A stretch of DNA of 64,000 nucleotides from Escherichia coli (GTDB lineage Bacteria; Pseudomonadota; Gammaproteobacteria; Enterobacterales; Enterobacteriaceae), in NCBI RefSeq assembly GCF_017348835.2, contig NZ_CP071375.1; one strand, given 5' to 3'. The position numbers and the translations under genes were made by a program. The notes under the pieces were generated by a model. The model made no database searches, was not told the origin of the DNA, and was given only the letters and a program-made list of their open reading frames with translations. Below are positions 1 through 13,697 of this stretch, piece after piece. How positions within the stretch are numbered: the first letter of the stretch is position 1; each line of letters starts with the position of its first letter.

Positions 1-952
1 TCAGTGTCAAAACCCGGTTTAAAGTAGCGCTACTCATTGGCGCATCGGAATCGTACCGCGAAGGAAGGATAAAATCAGAGCTACCGGCAAAGGTTTTGAG
101 AGCAATCATAATATCCATTGCCTGTCTGGAAAGAAAAACCAAATGTGGATTACGTCGTTTCATCCTTTCCTTTGGTATCGTCCATAATGCCTCACTAAAA
201 TTGATCTCGTTCCAGGTTGCGTTAGTAAGCTCACTTTTACGTACCATCGTTAACAGCAAAAGTTTAACCGCTGCTCTGATTGATGGCGTCGTTCCTACCC
301 GTTCCATGTACCGATACATCAGACCAATTTCAATTGGCGTCAATGCCCTGTCTCGAGGCTCAAATTTCGCTATGCTTGCAGGCCGTACCAGATCAGCAGG
401 ATTCTCCACCTTCTGACCGCGCTCAATAGCCCAGCGATAGACTTGCAATACAATCTCTCTGGCGTGTACAGCTGTCGCTGGTGCCCCTCTCTCGACAATG
501 TTATCGGTTAATGCGCGTAAGTCTTCATGTGTAATCTCACTAAGTTTCTGCTGGGCAAATTTTGACTTCAACTCCCTTTGATATACCGAACGCCGCATAT
601 CACGCGTCGATTCAGCCATTTGATAACCGCGTAACCATTTCTCAGTCCACGCACCAAAAGTCTCCGCATCTTTAATACGCGCTTTATCTCTGGCTTTTTC
701 CCTCGCAGGCGATATTCCACTGGCAACCATTTTTTTGGCTTCATTGAGCCGTTCACGCGCTTCTGCAAGCGTGATCCCTCCAACACCATAGCGGCCAAAA
801 ATAACAGTCTCCTGTCTTCCGTTTATTGAATAGTTATAACGAAATGAAATAGTTCCAGCCGGAGTGACCGCAACATACAGACCATCACGGTCATTAACTT
901 TATAGAGTTTCTCCTTCGGCTTAAGGTGACGCAGCCTGGTGTCAGTCAACAT
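1..952 (-). CDS. P4-type tyrosine integrase, 5' part only (start codon at 950-952; 3' end lies beyond base 1)
   Basis: Hand translation of the minus strand from 952 gives an open frame with no stop to base 1: MLTDTRLRHLKPKEKLYKVNDRDGLYVAVTPAGTISFRYNY..., matching the N-terminal arm-binding region of P4-like integrases. Not in the ORF track because the frame runs off the window. Confidence 0.75.
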   Translation of the reverse strand, partial: MLTDTRLRHLKPKEKLYKVNDRDGLYVAVTPAGTISFRYNYSINGRQETVIFGRYGVGGITLAEARERLNEAKKMVASGISPAREKARDKARIKDAETFGAWTEKWLRGYQMAESTRDMRRSVYQRELKSKFAQQKLSEITHEDLRALTDNIVERGAPATAVHAREIVLQVYRWAIERGQKVENPADLVRPASIAKFEPRDRALTPIEIGLMYRYMERVGTTPSIRAAVKLLLLTMVRKSELTNATWNEINFSEALWTIPKERMKRRNPHLVFLSRQAMDIMIALKTFAGSSDFILPSRYDSDAPMSSATLNRVLTL

Positions 953-1175
953 GGTTTATTGTTTTCCTTTATCAAAAATACCATGTTGTAAAAAATTCAG
1001 AAAAGTTGTTTAACTATCTGTTTTTAATTGAGTTATAAAAAAAATACCATAACTCAACCGAAATTTATCACATGGTACTTTTTCAAACCTGAATTCGAAA
1101 CCAGAGAGTACCATCAAAAATTCCATTGAAAAAACCGTGCTTCCCGTTGCTAACAGCTGCCAGAAAGTGCCAGAC

Positions 1176-1208
1176 ACAAAAACAAAAAAGCCCGCAGTTA
1201 CGCGGGCT
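1176..1208 (-). terminator. Rho-independent terminator of guaA
   Basis: GC hairpin agcccgcagttacgcgggct followed on the minus strand by a U-run, about 50 nt after the guaA stop. Confidence 0.7.
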
Positions 1209-1256
1209 TAGAGGTACTTTACTGCTTTTACGTGCAGGCTGTTGCCAGACGTTAAA

Positions 1257-2834
1257 TCATTCCCACTCAATGGTAGCCGGCGGCTTGCCGCTGATGTCAT
1301 ACACCACGCGGGAAATACCGTTCACTTCATTGATAATGCGGTTGGAAACGCGACCGAGGAAATCGTACGGCAGATGCGCCCAGTGTGCGGTCATAAAGTC
1401 GATGGTTTCGACAGCACGCAGAGAGACAACCCAGTCATACTTACGACCATCGCCCATTACGCCAACGGAACGTACTGGCAGGAAGACGGTGAACGCCTGG
1501 CTGACTTTGTCGTACAGGTCCGCTTTACGCAGTTCTTCAATGAAGATGGCGTCAGCACGGCGCAGCAGGTCACAATACTCTTTCTTCACTTCACCCAGAA
1601 CACGAACGCCGAGGCCTGGTCCCGGGAACGGGTGACGGTACAGCATGTCGTACGGTAGACCCAGCTCCAGACCAATCTTACGCACTTCGTCTTTGAACAG
1701 CTCTTTCAGCGGTTCAACCAGGCCCATCTTCATCTCTTTCGGCAGGCCGCCCACGTTGTGGTGAGATTTGATGACGTGTGCTTTACCGGTTGCAGACGCC
1801 GCAGATTCGATAACGTCAGGGTAGATGGTGCCCTGTGCCAGCCACTTCACGTCTTCCAGTTTCAGCGCTTCTTCATCGAATACTTCAACGAAAACGCGAC
1901 CGATGATTTTACGTTTTGCTTCCGGATCGTTTTCGCCAGCCAGCGCTGACAGGAAGCGATCTTCTGCCGGAACGTGAACAATGTTCAGACCAAAGTGATC
2001 GCCAAACATATCCAGAACCTGCTCTGCTTCGTTGAGACGCAGCAGGCCGTTGTCGACGAATACGCAAGTCAGGTTTTTACCGATAGCGCGGTGCAGCAGC
2101 ATTGCGGTTACGGAGGAATCCACACCACCAGAGAGGCCGAGGATGACTTTATCGTCGCCTACCTGCTCGCGGATGCGAGCTACAGCATCGTCGATAATTT
2201 TCGCTGGCGTCCACAGGGCTTCACACTGGCAGATATCACGCACAAAACGCTCCAGCATGCGCATACCCTGGCGGGTGTGAGTCACTTCCGGGTGGAACTG
2301 TACGCCATAGAAGCGTTTTTCTTCGTTAGCCATAATGGCAAACGGGCAGCTTTCGGTGCTGGCTACGGTGACGAAGTCGGACGGGATAGCGGTAACTTTA
2401 TCGCCGTGGCTCATCCAGACATCGAGCAGCGGTTTACCGTCTGCGGTCAGCGCATCTTCGATACCGCGAACCAGTGCGCTGTCGTTTACGACTTCAACCT
2501 GCGCGTAGCCAAATTCACGTTCGTTAGAGGCTTCAACGTGACCGCCCAACTGCATTGCCATGGTCTGCATGCCATAGCAAACGCCGAATACCGGTACGCC
2601 TGCTTCAAAGACATACTGCGGCGCACGCGGGCTGTTTTCTTCAGTAGTACTTTCCGGGCCGCCGGAAAGAATAATGCCGCTTGGATTGAAGTCACGAATT
2701 TGTGCTTCTGTCACATCCCACGCCCACAGTTCGCAGTAAACACCCAGCTCACGCACGCGGCGCGCAACCAGTTGAGTGTACTGAGAACCGAAGTCCAGAA
2801 TGAGGATGCGATGCTTATGAATGTTTTCCGTCAT
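1257..2834 (-). CDS. guaA: GMP synthase (glutamine-hydrolysing)
   Basis: 525-aa [25 protein letters not shown]... to ...PPATIEWE; glutamine amidotransferase plus ATP-pyrophosphatase layout. Confidence 0.97.
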   Translation of the reverse strand: MTENIHKHRILILDFGSQYTQLVARRVRELGVYCELWAWDVTEAQIRDFNPSGIILSGGPESTTEENSPRAPQYVFEAGVPVFGVCYGMQTMAMQLGGHVEASNEREFGYAQVEVVNDSALVRGIEDALTADGKPLLDVWMSHGDKVTAIPSDFVTVASTESCPFAIMANEEKRFYGVQFHPEVTHTRQGMRMLERFVRDICQCEALWTPAKIIDDAVARIREQVGDDKVILGLSGGVDSSVTAMLLHRAIGKNLTCVFVDNGLLRLNEAEQVLDMFGDHFGLNIVHVPAEDRFLSALAGENDPEAKRKIIGRVFVEVFDEEALKLEDVKWLAQGTIYPDVIESAASATGKAHVIKSHHNVGGLPKEMKMGLVEPLKELFKDEVRKIGLELGLPYDMLYRHPFPGPGLGVRVLGEVKKEYCDLLRRADAIFIEELRKADLYDKVSQAFTVFLPVRSVGVMGDGRKYDWVVSLRAVETIDFMTAHWAHLPYDFLGRVSNRIINEVNGISRVVYDISGKPPATIEWE

Positions 2835-2902
2835 TGACGCTTATTCCGAGGCAAGTGAAACAGATAATATAAATCGCCCGACATGAAGTCGGGCGAAGAG
2901 AA

Positions 2903-4369
2903 TCAGGAGCCCAGACGGTAGTTCGGGGACTCTTTAGTAATGGTCACGTCGTGAACGTGGCTTTCCTGAATGCCCGCACCGCTGATACGTACAAACTCCG
3001 CTTTAGTACGCAGTTCGTCGATAGTACCACAGCCGGTCAAACCCATACAGGAGCGCAGGCCGCCCATCTGCTGGTGAATGATCTCTTTCAGGCGACCTTT
3101 ATAAGCTACGCGACCTTCGATACCTTCCGGCACCAGTTTGTCGGCAGCGTTATCGCTCTGGAAATAACGGTCAGAGGAACCTTTGGACATCGCGCCCAGG
3201 GAACCCATACCACGGTAAGATTTGTAAGAACGGCCCTGGTAGAGTTCGATTTCACCCGGAGATTCTTCAGTACCCGCCAGCATGGAACCTACCATCACCG
3301 CGCTTGCGCCAGCGGCGATAGCTTTGGCGATGTCGCCGGAGAAGCGAATACCACCATCTGCGATAACCGGAATACCGGTGCCTTCCAAGGCTTCAACTGC
3401 GTCAGCAACGGCAGTGATCTGCGGAACACCTACGCCAGTAACGATACGAGTCGTACAGATAGAACCAGGGCCGATACCGACTTTAACCGCGCTGCAACCA
3501 GCTTCTGCCAGAGCGCGTGCACCTGCAGCTGTTGCCACGTTGCCGCCGATGATTTGCAGATCCGGATATTTAGCACGGGTTTCACGGATACGCTGCAAAA
3601 CGCCTTCTGAGTGACCGTGGGAGGAGTCGATCAGCAGAACGTCAACGCCAGCGGCAACCAGCGCGTCAACACGCTCTTCGTTACCCGCACCTGCGCCAAC
3701 TGCAGCACCAACACGCAGACGGCCTTGCTCGTCTTTACAGGCGTTCGGTTTACGTTCCGCTTTCTGGAAATCTTTCACGGTGATCATGCCGATCAGGTGG
3801 AATTCGTCATCAACCACCAGCGCTTTTTCAACGCGTTTTTCGTGCATTTTTGCCAGCACCACTTCACGGGCTTCACCTTCACGCACGGTGACCAGACGCT
3901 CTTTCGGCGTCATGTAAACGCTAACCGGCTGGTTCAGGTCGGTAACAAAACGCACGTCACGACCGGTGATAATACCCACCAGTTCGTTTTCTTCGGTAAC
4001 GACCGGATAGCCCGCAAAACCGTTACGCTCGGTCAGTTCTTTCACTTCGCGCAGCGTCGTGGTTGGCAGAACAGTCTGCGGATCAGTCACCACACCAGAT
4101 TCGTGTTTTTTCACACGGCGAACTTCTTCTGCCTGGCGTTCAATGGACATGTTTTTGTGGATAAAGCCGATACCGCCTTCCTGAGCCAGAGCAATAGCCA
4201 GGCGCGCTTCCGTTACGGTATCCATTGCTGCGGAAAGCATAGGGATATTCAGACGAATAGTTTTCGTCAGCTGGGTGCTGAGGTCAGCAGTATTCGGCAG
4301 AACGGTAGAATGAGCAGGAACGAGGAGAACGTCGTCAAACGTCAGAGCTTCTTTAGCGATACGTAGCAT
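2903..4369 (-). CDS. guaB: IMP dehydrogenase
   Basis: ORF track frame 2903..4438; start trimmed to [16 protein letters not shown] (488 aa). CBS domains and catalytic [11 protein letters not shown] loop present. Confidence 0.95.
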
Positions 4370-4500
4370 GGGCAATATCTCGACCAGAGTGGTTAATAAA
4401 TATTGCCGCGGCATTATACAGAGCGTAACCGATTGCATCTACCCCTTTTTGCAAAAAATGCTTGCTATCCCCGAAGGGCGGGTTACTATCGACTGAATAA

Positions 4501-5907
<1,407 letters not shown>

Positions 5908-5975
5908 GCCGGAAAAAAGGCGCCAGCATCGCATTAGGCAATAGCGCCCAGGCTACGCCAAATGCGCTCCCCTCG

Positions 5976-8900
5976 TCACTGGAAACAAGTAACCAGACCA
6001 GGTTTATTGGCTAACGTGATACAACAATCCTCTGTGCCAGTGCTCTCGTCCATCCCACACCGTTGAGAGGACAAGTAAGGGAAACTTGGCGAAGCTGGCC
6101 ATCCCAGCGAATTAAACACAGTATACAATGTCTCTAACTCATTGTATGTCGGTGCATTTTCTATATTTCCACACTGCTTCGAGATATCCCATTTGCTGGC
6201 ATCAGTAATATGCGCAGAAGCCCAGTTTTCGTAGTTAATAATCGGTGAGGATACGGGATTGGCCCCGGACGGTAATTCAGTTGTCAGTATCGGTCGATGT
6301 AATGTTTTTCCATTCACCACTGCCGTGTCTGCCATATGCCCCCAGAAGTGAGCAGAAGATACATTTGGGCTGGTCAATACGGTGAAAATAGTGTCCATCA
6401 TTGCAGTCACTGTTGGGTATTTATCCAGCGTTACCGTCAGCGGCATTTTATAACCCGGCGTATTGTCCTGACGAACAGTAAAGTTTGCCGTGCCGTCTGC
6501 CCCCGTCACGCCACTGATCTCGTTCCCACTAACCGCCAATAGGGTAGCCGCCCCCGATGATGGCTGGATGGTAATATCATCCATAGCCGCCACATCGCCA
6601 TATAGCGTCGCCCCACTATTACGCGGAGAGGCATCACCACGTCGCAGAGTAAACGCCACATTTGGCACAGGTTTCCCGGCGCTGTCTTTCACCGTCACGG
6701 TGACTGGCATTGCCTCGCCCTTCTTCACTTTCGCCGCCTGAGCGGTGGAGTCAAATGCCGTTGACGTCAGGGTGACGGTAGAAACCGTTGAGTGAGGGTG
6801 CACCAGGCACGCCTGGAAGGCGCGGCTTTTAGATACAGTCACAAGTTGACCTGTGTTGAAGTCAAATGATTCACAAGAATTCGCGCCCGCAGGACAATCT
6901 GCATTTGTCCACCACACATAGCTATTCTGTTTCACCGGCCAGCCAATCTCATTGACGATAGAGCCATTCGGATAGCGGTTGTATAAAGATTGAAGCTCAT
7001 CCAATGATGGATATCGTGCGCTTTCACAAGGGATAAGCTCCGGCAAATATCGCTGGGTAATATATGGCGCAGGCCAGCTTTCATTATTTATATTCACTTT
7101 AGTGAGCGAATAACCGCCACCGCTGGTTGCCCCCATTTCGGCCCACAGTTTCATCCGCTCAAACTGCGTTCCGTCTGCTGAGCTTACCGTTTCTGGCATA
7201 TGTCCCCAGAAGTTGGCTTTTGGCGTATCCGGGCTTGTTACTACGGTATACATCAGGTCGAGATCTGACTTTACCCCTGTTTCACGTGCAAGCGTCGCCG
7301 TAAACGGTGTTACCAGTCCCCAGGTATTATCCTGCGTAGCGGTTAACGTGATGATGCCATTACCGTCCGTAACCCCGTTCCAACTGGCGTTATCATCTGC
7401 AAATTTGTAATTGGCTTGCGCAACCGGCGTCAGGAACTGTAGCAGCAGATCATCTGCTGTCGAGCTTGTGAAATCACTCGGCGTGCGCACTTGTGCTGTC
7501 GCACGCGACAACCTGACGCTTTCATAGGCGGCAGGTCTGCCCGCATCATCCGTGACCTTGATAGTTAACGGTATTGATACGCCCTTCTTCGCCCATGCAG
7601 TCGGACGGTTGTCGTTGATGCCTGTTTTGTCCGCATTCAGCAACGTAGACGTCAACTCAATCGTCGTTGCCTCAGTGTGCGGGTCAACCAGGCAGAGCAT
7701 TAAATTGCCCGCCGTCGATGTTGTACTTTCGTTGCGGATAGCACCGCTCATCAGATCAAGCACCTGGTTATACCATGTTGAACTTGAAACAGTTTGGTCG
7801 TACGCCCACCAGTAATTACCTGCGTTAAGAGGCAGCCCCAAATCAGTTTCCAGCGCACCATTTGGATGGTCGTTGTAAAGCCCCATTAGCTCACTACTGA
7901 AGGGTTGATAAGGCGAAGTGCAGCCTGAGATCGAACTGTTCGCTTTGTTGGTTGCATCTGGTCGCGCCCAGTCTTCATTGTTGATATTAAAGGACGCAGT
8001 CCCGGACAACTCGGCCTTCAACTGTGGTCGCCTGAACGCGACGCCCGCGCTGCTGGTAAAGGTTTCCGGCATATGGCCCCAATAGTTAGCCTTCGGCGTA
8101 TCCGGGCTGGTGATCACTGTGAAAATCGCACTTAAAGATTGTGAAGCAATCGAACCATCGTCCAGTTTCGCCAACAACGGAATACGAACGCCATATCCTT
8201 TATGGAACTGATATACCGTCAACGTCGCCGTTCCGTCAGGCCCGGTAACACCATAAAAATCATCGCCCTCATTAATGATTGGCGTTTGATGATTGGATGA
8301 ATCCGTGATGTAAATTAATTTCGACTGGTAATCTGAACTTACTACATTCTGACGGCTAAGCGTCGCACCATGTTCCAGCAAGAAGGGTACATTACCCAGC
8401 AGATTTCCCTGCGCGTCGCGCGTTGTGACCTTAATGGTGATGAAATCATGATCAACTTCATAATTGGTTTTTGCTTTAACCCCCTGATTACCATCATAAA
8501 CCTGCGCTTGTTCAGAGGTTAACTCAATTGTGGCGACCTTCGGGTTAGCCGTTGTCTGGCAGGTTAAATACCCCCCTTTTGACTCCAGTACACTGCTGGT
8601 GCCATTACTCAGTTGCACACCAAGGTAATTACGATTACTTACGCTGGCACCATCGGCGGTGCTGGTGTCATAGACTTTTAATACTGGCCAGCCGTCTACA
8701 GCATGACCGCCCCAGCTTGTCGATAACGTGGTTAATGCATCTTTGGTCGGGATATTATCTGCGCCACAACCGTTATTTTTCGCATTCTTACTTGCCTGCG
8801 CTTCAGTAAACAGCGCCCAAATTTCGTTATCCTCTTCCGGGCTTTTACGTCCATTGCCGGGAGAACCACTCAGTTCTGAAAACAGGATCGGTCGCTTAAA

Positions 8901-11900
8901 CGTCAATCCTCCCGCTGTGAGTGTTTCTGGCATATGCCCCCACATTTTTGCCTTGTTAGTGTCAGGGCTGGTGACAACGGTAAAAATAGTGTCTAACGAT
9001 GCGTTTTTTGTTGGATCGGAATAGAGCGCAGCGGTAATTGCCGTTTTCGTGCCGTGAGTGTCCGGGCGGGTGATGGTGAGAATTTTGCTACCGTCACTCC
9101 CCGTTAACCCAGCGTATGCACTGGCAGTATCGTTAAGCGACATTTCATCTGACATTCCGGCATCCACCACGACCGGTGAAACGATCCCGTCACCGCTTCC
9201 TGCAATATGCTTTTCATTGCTACGGGTGTAACCATCGCCACGCTTCAGGGTAAAGGGCATTCCCGGCATCGGGTTACCCGCCGTATCTTTCACCGTGACT
9301 TTTACCTGTAGCGTTTCACCCTTTTTCAGTTTCGCTGCATTAAGCGTGCTATTCCACTGTGCCTGATCGACCACTTCCAGCGTAATGGTGCTGGCGGGTG
9401 GGTTAGCGTCCTTCAGGCAGGAGATATAAATTTCCGAGGAACTTGTTTGCACGTTTCCGTTATTCAGCCAAACCGCTGCAAAGTGCGGGACTTTATCGGT
9501 AGGCGTGCTACTCCAGTAAGGCTGGCGCTGAGTCGGCCAACCATGCTCAGTTTGAATCGCGTTATTACTGTTGGCGCGATAGAGCGCATCAAGCTGTGAC
9601 TGGCGTGGCACTTTATTGGCCTCACAACCGCCCACCGCGCTATTTTCGATCTCGGACTGATCGACGCGTAACCAGGTTTCATTATTTTCATCAAAGGGAC
9701 GCCCGGAACCGCTTACCTCCACCGCCAGTTTGGGGCGATTAAATGTAATAGAATCCACAGTTATCGTGTCATCCATGTGCCCCCACATTCTCGCTCCCAT
9801 CACATCCGGGCTGGTGGGAACCGTAAAGATTACATAGTAGTTAATGGTATTCGGCAGAACAGAATTAGGAGGCGTGACAACAAGTCGCGTTCTTAAGCCA
9901 ACGCCTTGTGGCTGCTCAACAACAACGGTTGCCTGCCCCTGTGCGTCTGTAATACCGGAGTAAACCATTGAGGATTGTGAGGTACCGTACTGCGTCCCAT
10001 TCAGGGTTATTGCGCCGTTACTGGGATCGGTAAACCCGGTTGCGCTTTCTTCACGGTCAAGACTGATATCTTTGGTAATAGTAAAAGCCGTGAACGGCAC
10101 CCGCTCGCCATTCAGAGCATTAACTGTGCGCACCGTCATGGTGATTTGTTCACCGACTTTCGCCCGTGCCAGGCTGCCCGAGGTAGTATCACGATCGGTT
10201 GTCACTTCAACCTTCGCCACCATCTCATTACCAGAGCACGAGAGATAGTTTTGTTTAAAACCGCTATAACTGTCGACGTTCCCTGTTCCGAGGTTTACCG
10301 ATGAATGCGTTGTCTGCTCCGCGGCAGTTAAATAGTCCTTTACTGCGGTTGGCCAGCCATACTCAGTCCCGATGATATTGCCAGGGTAAGCCGAATACAG
10401 ACTTTCCAGTGAGATCTCACGCGGTATATGCCCCGTGCCGCATTCTGCCTGCATACTGGTATTTTGATCGAATAACGCCCAGTCTTCGTTATTTTCCCGT
10501 ACTGTGCCTATTTCATGCGTGGTTTCAGCCGCCAGCAGCGGTCGTTTATATAAACTGCCAGCATCAATAATGCCGTGCATGTGGCCCCACATCCGCGCAT
10601 ATTCGCTGTCCGGACTGGTCACCACCGTAAAGACCACATCTTTGGCATCTTCAGCAGTGAAATTACTGCGCATTTTCGCCGTAATATGCGTTTTAACGCC
10701 TGCGCCGTCAGGCTGCGTCAGCAGCAGAGTTGCCTGACCATTGACGTCGGTCATTCCCTCATAATTATGATCATCTACCTTTTGCAGGTTGGTGCCGCCG
10801 GAAATTTGTACCGGATGCGCTTCCCACGCCGGATCGGTTTGATTTTTGCGGTTAACGCCGTCATCGAGATGCAGCGAGAAGTAGTAATAAGCCAGCGGCT
10901 GATTGTTATTTTTTTTATCGGTAATGGTCAGGCGTATCGTAGTGCTGTCACCGACCTCTGCCTTCGCGGCATTTATACTTTCATCAAAGTTACTGGGCGT
11001 GAGCACCAACTCTGGCTCAACATCGGGTTCTGCTTTATCCACACAGCTCACGATATACTTTGTACTGTCTGGTTTTTGCGCTTCGCTGCGGTTAGACACA
11101 TCAGCCGCGTGGTGCTGCCCGGTACTTCCTGCCAGAGATGACCAGTAATAATCACCCTGCATCGGCCAACCGGCGGTCTCCTGAATAGAGTTAGGGATCA
11201 CCGTAGCCAGCGCGCCAAACTGGCGCATGCCAGGCAAAATATCGCAGTGGTTATCTGCGCCACTCCAGGTGAAGGTCGACCAGGTTTCACCGTGATCGTT
11301 CACACTGCCATCTTCGTTATCAACTTCCGCCGCCAATTTCGGACGACTAAAGGTGTAATTCATGGCCGTCAGGGTTTCCGCCATATGGCCCCACATATTG
11401 GCCTGCGGGGCATCCGGGCTGGTGAGTACAGTAAATATCACCGCCGTTTCACTGGTTTGCGAGATGCCAGAAAGGCTGACCACCAGCGGCGTTTTGACAC
11501 CTGGACCATTGGGCTGCGTCACCGTGACGGTAGCTGCGCCATCAGCATTAGTCGTGCCCCGATACTCCGTTGCTGTGGTGGTGAGTTCAGTGGTATCAAG
11601 ATTGACAGGTGAGGTGTTATTCACCACTCCCTGGCGGTTTTCAGCATCTTTTCGTTTGATAACAAAAGGGATATTGCTCGCAATATTACCTTCACAATCT
11701 TGGGTGGTTACGGTTAAGGTGATTGAACCATCGACAGTAGTCTTTGCCGCTTGTAACGTATCGTCATAGCCACTGGCGCTAATTGTCACCAGGTCGCCCT
11801 GGGCGGGAGCAATATTCAGCGTCACTTTATGTTCAGCCAACGGCACCGTCCCCTGATTAGGCACACCAGTTAACGTGTAGAGGTAGAGTAAAGGTAGCGC

Positions 11901-12386
11901 TTCCTGCTCATTGATTCGCGGCCACGCCACCAAAGAACGCCCTGCCAGATTCTGCGCGCAGAAAGAGCGGTCCGGGCGCGGTTGTGGGCTGAGCGGCGTA
12001 TCTGGCGTCGCGGCATCCGTCCACACAAGAGATACAGCAGGAGGCGTCTGGTTTTGCCAGCCTAGCACGGGGGGATTAGAAAAAAGATCGCCTTCAGGAT
12101 CGTGAGGGTTAACCAGAATCATTCTCGCCGCTGTGTCATCAACACTGAATGCGCTGGGTTTTACAGATGCCTGAATGTCGTAGGTTTTGCTCGGATCAAG
12201 CTGAACGCTTCCCTGATAAACGGGTACGCTGGCGCTCTCTGCCCCGGGCACTGTGCCATTGATTGCGTCGGTCGAGATGCCAGTTTGTTGCCACTGGCCA
12301 CCTTTTAATACTGCCCCAACCTGAAAAGAGAGGAAGAGCAGAAAAACCGCCGTTATCGCTTTTATCAGTTTCAAAGTCCCGTCCAT
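5976..12386 (-). CDS. ratA: Giant repetitive secreted surface protein with seven Ig-like modules (RatA-like, CS54-island type)
   Basis: 2136-aa ORF with N-terminal signal peptide; an approx. 290-aa module recurs seven times, each ending in a T-V-(V/L)-T-S-P-D ... (M/F/Y)-W-G-H-M signature. Position next to sinI/sinH between xseA and yfgJ matches the Salmonella CS54 island. Confidence 0.7.
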   Translation of the reverse strand: MDGTLKLIKAITAVFLLFLSFQVGAVLKGGQWQQTGISTDAINGTVPGAESASVPVYQGSVQLDPSKTYDIQASVKPSAFSVDDTAARMILVNPHDPEGDLFSNPPVLGWQNQTPPAVSLVWTDAATPDTPLSPQPRPDRSFCAQNLAGRSLVAWPRINEQEALPLLYLYTLTGVPNQGTVPLAEHKVTLNIAPAQGDLVTISASGYDDTLQAAKTTVDGSITLTVTTQDCEGNIASNIPFVIKRKDAENRQGVVNNTSPVNLDTTELTTTATEYRGTTNADGAATVTVTQPNGPGVKTPLVVSLSGISQTSETAVIFTVLTSPDAPQANMWGHMAETLTAMNYTFSRPKLAAEVDNEDGSVNDHGETWSTFTWSGADNHCDILPGMRQFGALATVIPNSIQETAGWPMQGDYYWSSLAGSTGQHHAADVSNRSEAQKPDSTKYIVSCVDKAEPDVEPELVLTPSNFDESINAAKAEVGDSTTIRLTITDKKNNNQPLAYYYFSLHLDDGVNRKNQTDPAWEAHPVQISGGTNLQKVDDHNYEGMTDVNGQATLLLTQPDGAGVKTHITAKMRSNFTAEDAKDVVFTVVTSPDSEYARMWGHMHGIIDAGSLYKRPLLAAETTHEIGTVRENNEDWALFDQNTSMQAECGTGHIPREISLESLYSAYPGNIIGTEYGWPTAVKDYLTAAEQTTHSSVNLGTGNVDSYSGFKQNYLSCSGNEMVAKVEVTTDRDTTSGSLARAKVGEQITMTVRTVNALNGERVPFTAFTITKDISLDREESATGFTDPSNGAITLNGTQYGTSQSSMVYSGITDAQGQATVVVEQPQGVGLRTRLVVTPPNSVLPNTINYYVIFTVPTSPDVMGARMWGHMDDTITVDSITFNRPKLAVEVSGSGRPFDENNETWLRVDQSEIENSAVGGCEANKVPRQSQLDALYRANSNNAIQTEHGWPTQRQPYWSSTPTDKVPHFAAVWLNNGNVQTSSSEIYISCLKDANPPASTITLEVVDQAQWNSTLNAAKLKKGETLQVKVTVKDTAGNPMPGMPFTLKRGDGYTRSNEKHIAGSGDGIVSPVVVDAGMSDEMSLNDTASAYAGLTGSDGSKILTITRPDTHGTKTAITAALYSDPTKNASLDTIFTVVTSPDTNKAKMWGHMPETLTAGGLTFKRPILFSELSGSPGNGRKSPEEDNEIWALFTEAQASKNAKNNGCGADNIPTKDALTTLSTSWGGHAVDGWPVLKVYDTSTADGASVSNRNYLGVQLSNGTSSVLESKGGYLTCQTTANPKVATIELTSEQAQVYDGNQGVKAKTNYEVDHDFITIKVTTRDAQGNLLGNVPFLLEHGATLSRQNVVSSDYQSKLIYITDSSNHQTPIINEGDDFYGVTGPDGTATLTVYQFHKGYGVRIPLLAKLDDGSIASQSLSAIFTVITSPDTPKANYWGHMPETFTSSAGVAFRRPQLKAELSGTASFNINNEDWARPDATNKANSSISGCTSPYQPFSSELMGLYNDHPNGALETDLGLPLNAGNYWWAYDQTVSSSTWYNQVLDLMSGAIRNESTTSTAGNLMLCLVDPHTEATTIELTSTLLNADKTGINDNRPTAWAKKGVSIPLTIKVTDDAGRPAAYESVRLSRATAQVRTPSDFTSSTADDLLLQFLTPVAQANYKFADDNASWNGVTDGNGIITLTATQDNTWGLVTPFTATLARETGVKSDLDLMYTVVTSPDTPKANFWGHMPETVSSADGTQFERMKLWAEMGATSGGGYSLTKVNINNESWPAPYITQRYLPELIPCESARYPSLDELQSLYNRYPNGSIVNEIGWPVKQNSYVWWTNADCPAGANSCESFDFNTGQLVTVSKSRAFQACLVHPHSTVSTVTLTSTAFDSTAQAAKVKKGEAMPVTVTVKDSAGKPVPNVAFTLRRGDASPRNSGATLYGDVAAMDDITIQPSSGAATLLAVSGNEISGVTGADGTANFTVRQDNTPGYKMPLTVTLDKYPTVTAMMDTIFTVLTSPNVSSAHFWGHMADTAVVNGKTLHRPILTTELPSGANPVSSPIINYENWASAHITDASKWDISKQCGNIENAPTYNELETLYTVFNSLGWPASPSFPYLSSQRCGMDESTGTEDCCITLANKPGLVTCFQ

Positions 12387-12520
12387 GATTGAAACCTGCC
12401 CGTTTAAAGTTATTTTTTCACTTCAACCCACTTTGCTTAACGCTGGCTAAGCAAAGTGTGCGGAGAAGCACCATTCCCTTGCTGAAATGACCAGATTGTT
12501 GACAAAGTGCGCGTTATTCA

Positions 12521-12620
12521 TGCCGGATGCGGCGTTAACGCCTTATCCGACCTACAAAATCGTGCAAATTCAATACATTGCAGGAACCATGTAGGCCTGA
12601 TAAGCGAAGCACATCAGGCA
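12521..12620. repeat. REP elements (BIME-like pair)
   Basis: tgccggatgcggcgttaacgccttatccgacctac and inverted partner gtaggcctgataagcg...catcaggca match the E. coli REP consensus. Confidence 0.5.
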
Positions 12621-12676
12621 GTTTTGCCTTTGTCATCAATCTGACCATTCCCTTGCGGGAATGGTGCTGGTAAAGA

Positions 12677-13642
12677 TTATTTTCTCTGGTAATCGATGGA
12701 CAAACCGTAGCCCTGAACACCATCCGCGCCAAGGGTGAGGCCACCTTCGCTGTAGTCGAACGCAGTTTTCGCTTCGGCGTTGGTAACTGGGATAACCAGG
12801 TCGCTGTTGTTGTAGCTCGGGTTGACAATCCCACCGTTGGTACGCAGTTGCAGACTGGTACCGGTAAAGCGCCAGCGGTAGTTGTACTGGCTGGTAACCT
12901 CTTCGCCAGTGTCGTAGGAGCCGTTGCTGTTTTTATCTTTCCACAGCATGACCTGATAAGTGGTATTGGTTTTGAGTTTGGTTTCTTTGCCCAGCAGGTT
13001 GGTGTTAACACCCTGCTCATGAATGACAACTTTAACCGCATCGTCAAATACCGGACCTTCCGGAATATCATCGCTGTCAGAACCACCGCCCGCGTTGGTG
13101 GAGAGGTCTAACAGGATCAGTTGTTCTGCAACGTTAGGATCACCGGTCGTGGTGGTCGGGGTAATTTTCAAACCGATGTAGCGATCGGCATCCGCTGCGG
13201 CAATGGTATAGGTGTCACTGCCCGTTGTACCGATCTCTTTCGGATCACCCCCCGCCTGGTCGCTATAGCTCATCCATTGCAGCGTCGCTTTGGTTGCAGT
13301 GTTGTTGTCGTCAAGGTCGCCCTGGGTATCGCCAATGGCCCAGTTTGCAGTTAACTTGTCACCAATATGAAATTGCTTCTCGCCATCGGTTGAAGCAGAA
13401 CGTCCGCCACGATCAACGGTAATGGACACATGAGATTTATCGGCATCAGTCGTTTCTGACGCGCTACGGGTGATCCACGGCACGGTACCCTGAATCGTTC
13501 CGGTCGTTTGCGTCTCTGACTGCCACTGGCCCGCTCTAAGGTTGCCCTGCCCTTCTGCCATGGCGGCAGGCACTGCGCAGTACCCCGCTAAAGCCAGCGC
13601 CAGCGCGACTTTAGTCATCGGTCGCTTTAAATAGTGTTTCAT
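12677..13642 (-). CDS. sinI: Secreted protein, SinI-like (CS54-island type)
   Basis: 321-aa ORF with signal peptide MKHYLKRPMTKVALALALAGYCAVPAAMA; C-terminal approx. 90 aa are homologous to the C-terminus of the adjacent SinH-like protein. Confidence 0.6.
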   Translation of the reverse strand: MKHYLKRPMTKVALALALAGYCAVPAAMAEGQGNLRAGQWQSETQTTGTIQGTVPWITRSASETTDADKSHVSITVDRGGRSASTDGEKQFHIGDKLTANWAIGDTQGDLDDNNTATKATLQWMSYSDQAGGDPKEIGTTGSDTYTIAAADADRYIGLKITPTTTTGDPNVAEQLILLDLSTNAGGGSDSDDIPEGPVFDDAVKVVIHEQGVNTNLLGKETKLKTNTTYQVMLWKDKNSNGSYDTGEEVTSQYNYRWRFTGTSLQLRTNGGIVNPSYNNSDLVIPVTNAEAKTAFDYSEGGLTLGADGVQGYGLSIDYQRK

Positions 13643-13697
13643 TCAACTCTCTCCTTGATTAATTTCCAGCGGCTGGCCGATCGGCCATTACGCCGAT

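Noticed and set aside
96-416. 106-aa plus-strand ORF from the six-frame track
   Set aside because: Lies antisense inside the integrase reading frame and has no recognisable features; shadow ORF.
568-798. 76-aa minus-strand ORF from the six-frame track
   Set aside because: Same strand as the integrase but in a different frame; the integrase frame is open across this whole region.
953-1256. tRNA gene as attachment site next to the integrase
   Set aside because: No cloverleaf-capable segment or conserved tRNA sequence found between the integrase start and guaA; the guaA 3' end is the likelier target.
1974-2837. Long antisense ORFs inside guaA and guaB (e.g. 1974..2837, 2951..3610, 3611..4366)
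   Set aside because: Opposite strand of well-supported conserved genes; typical GC-rich shadow ORFs.
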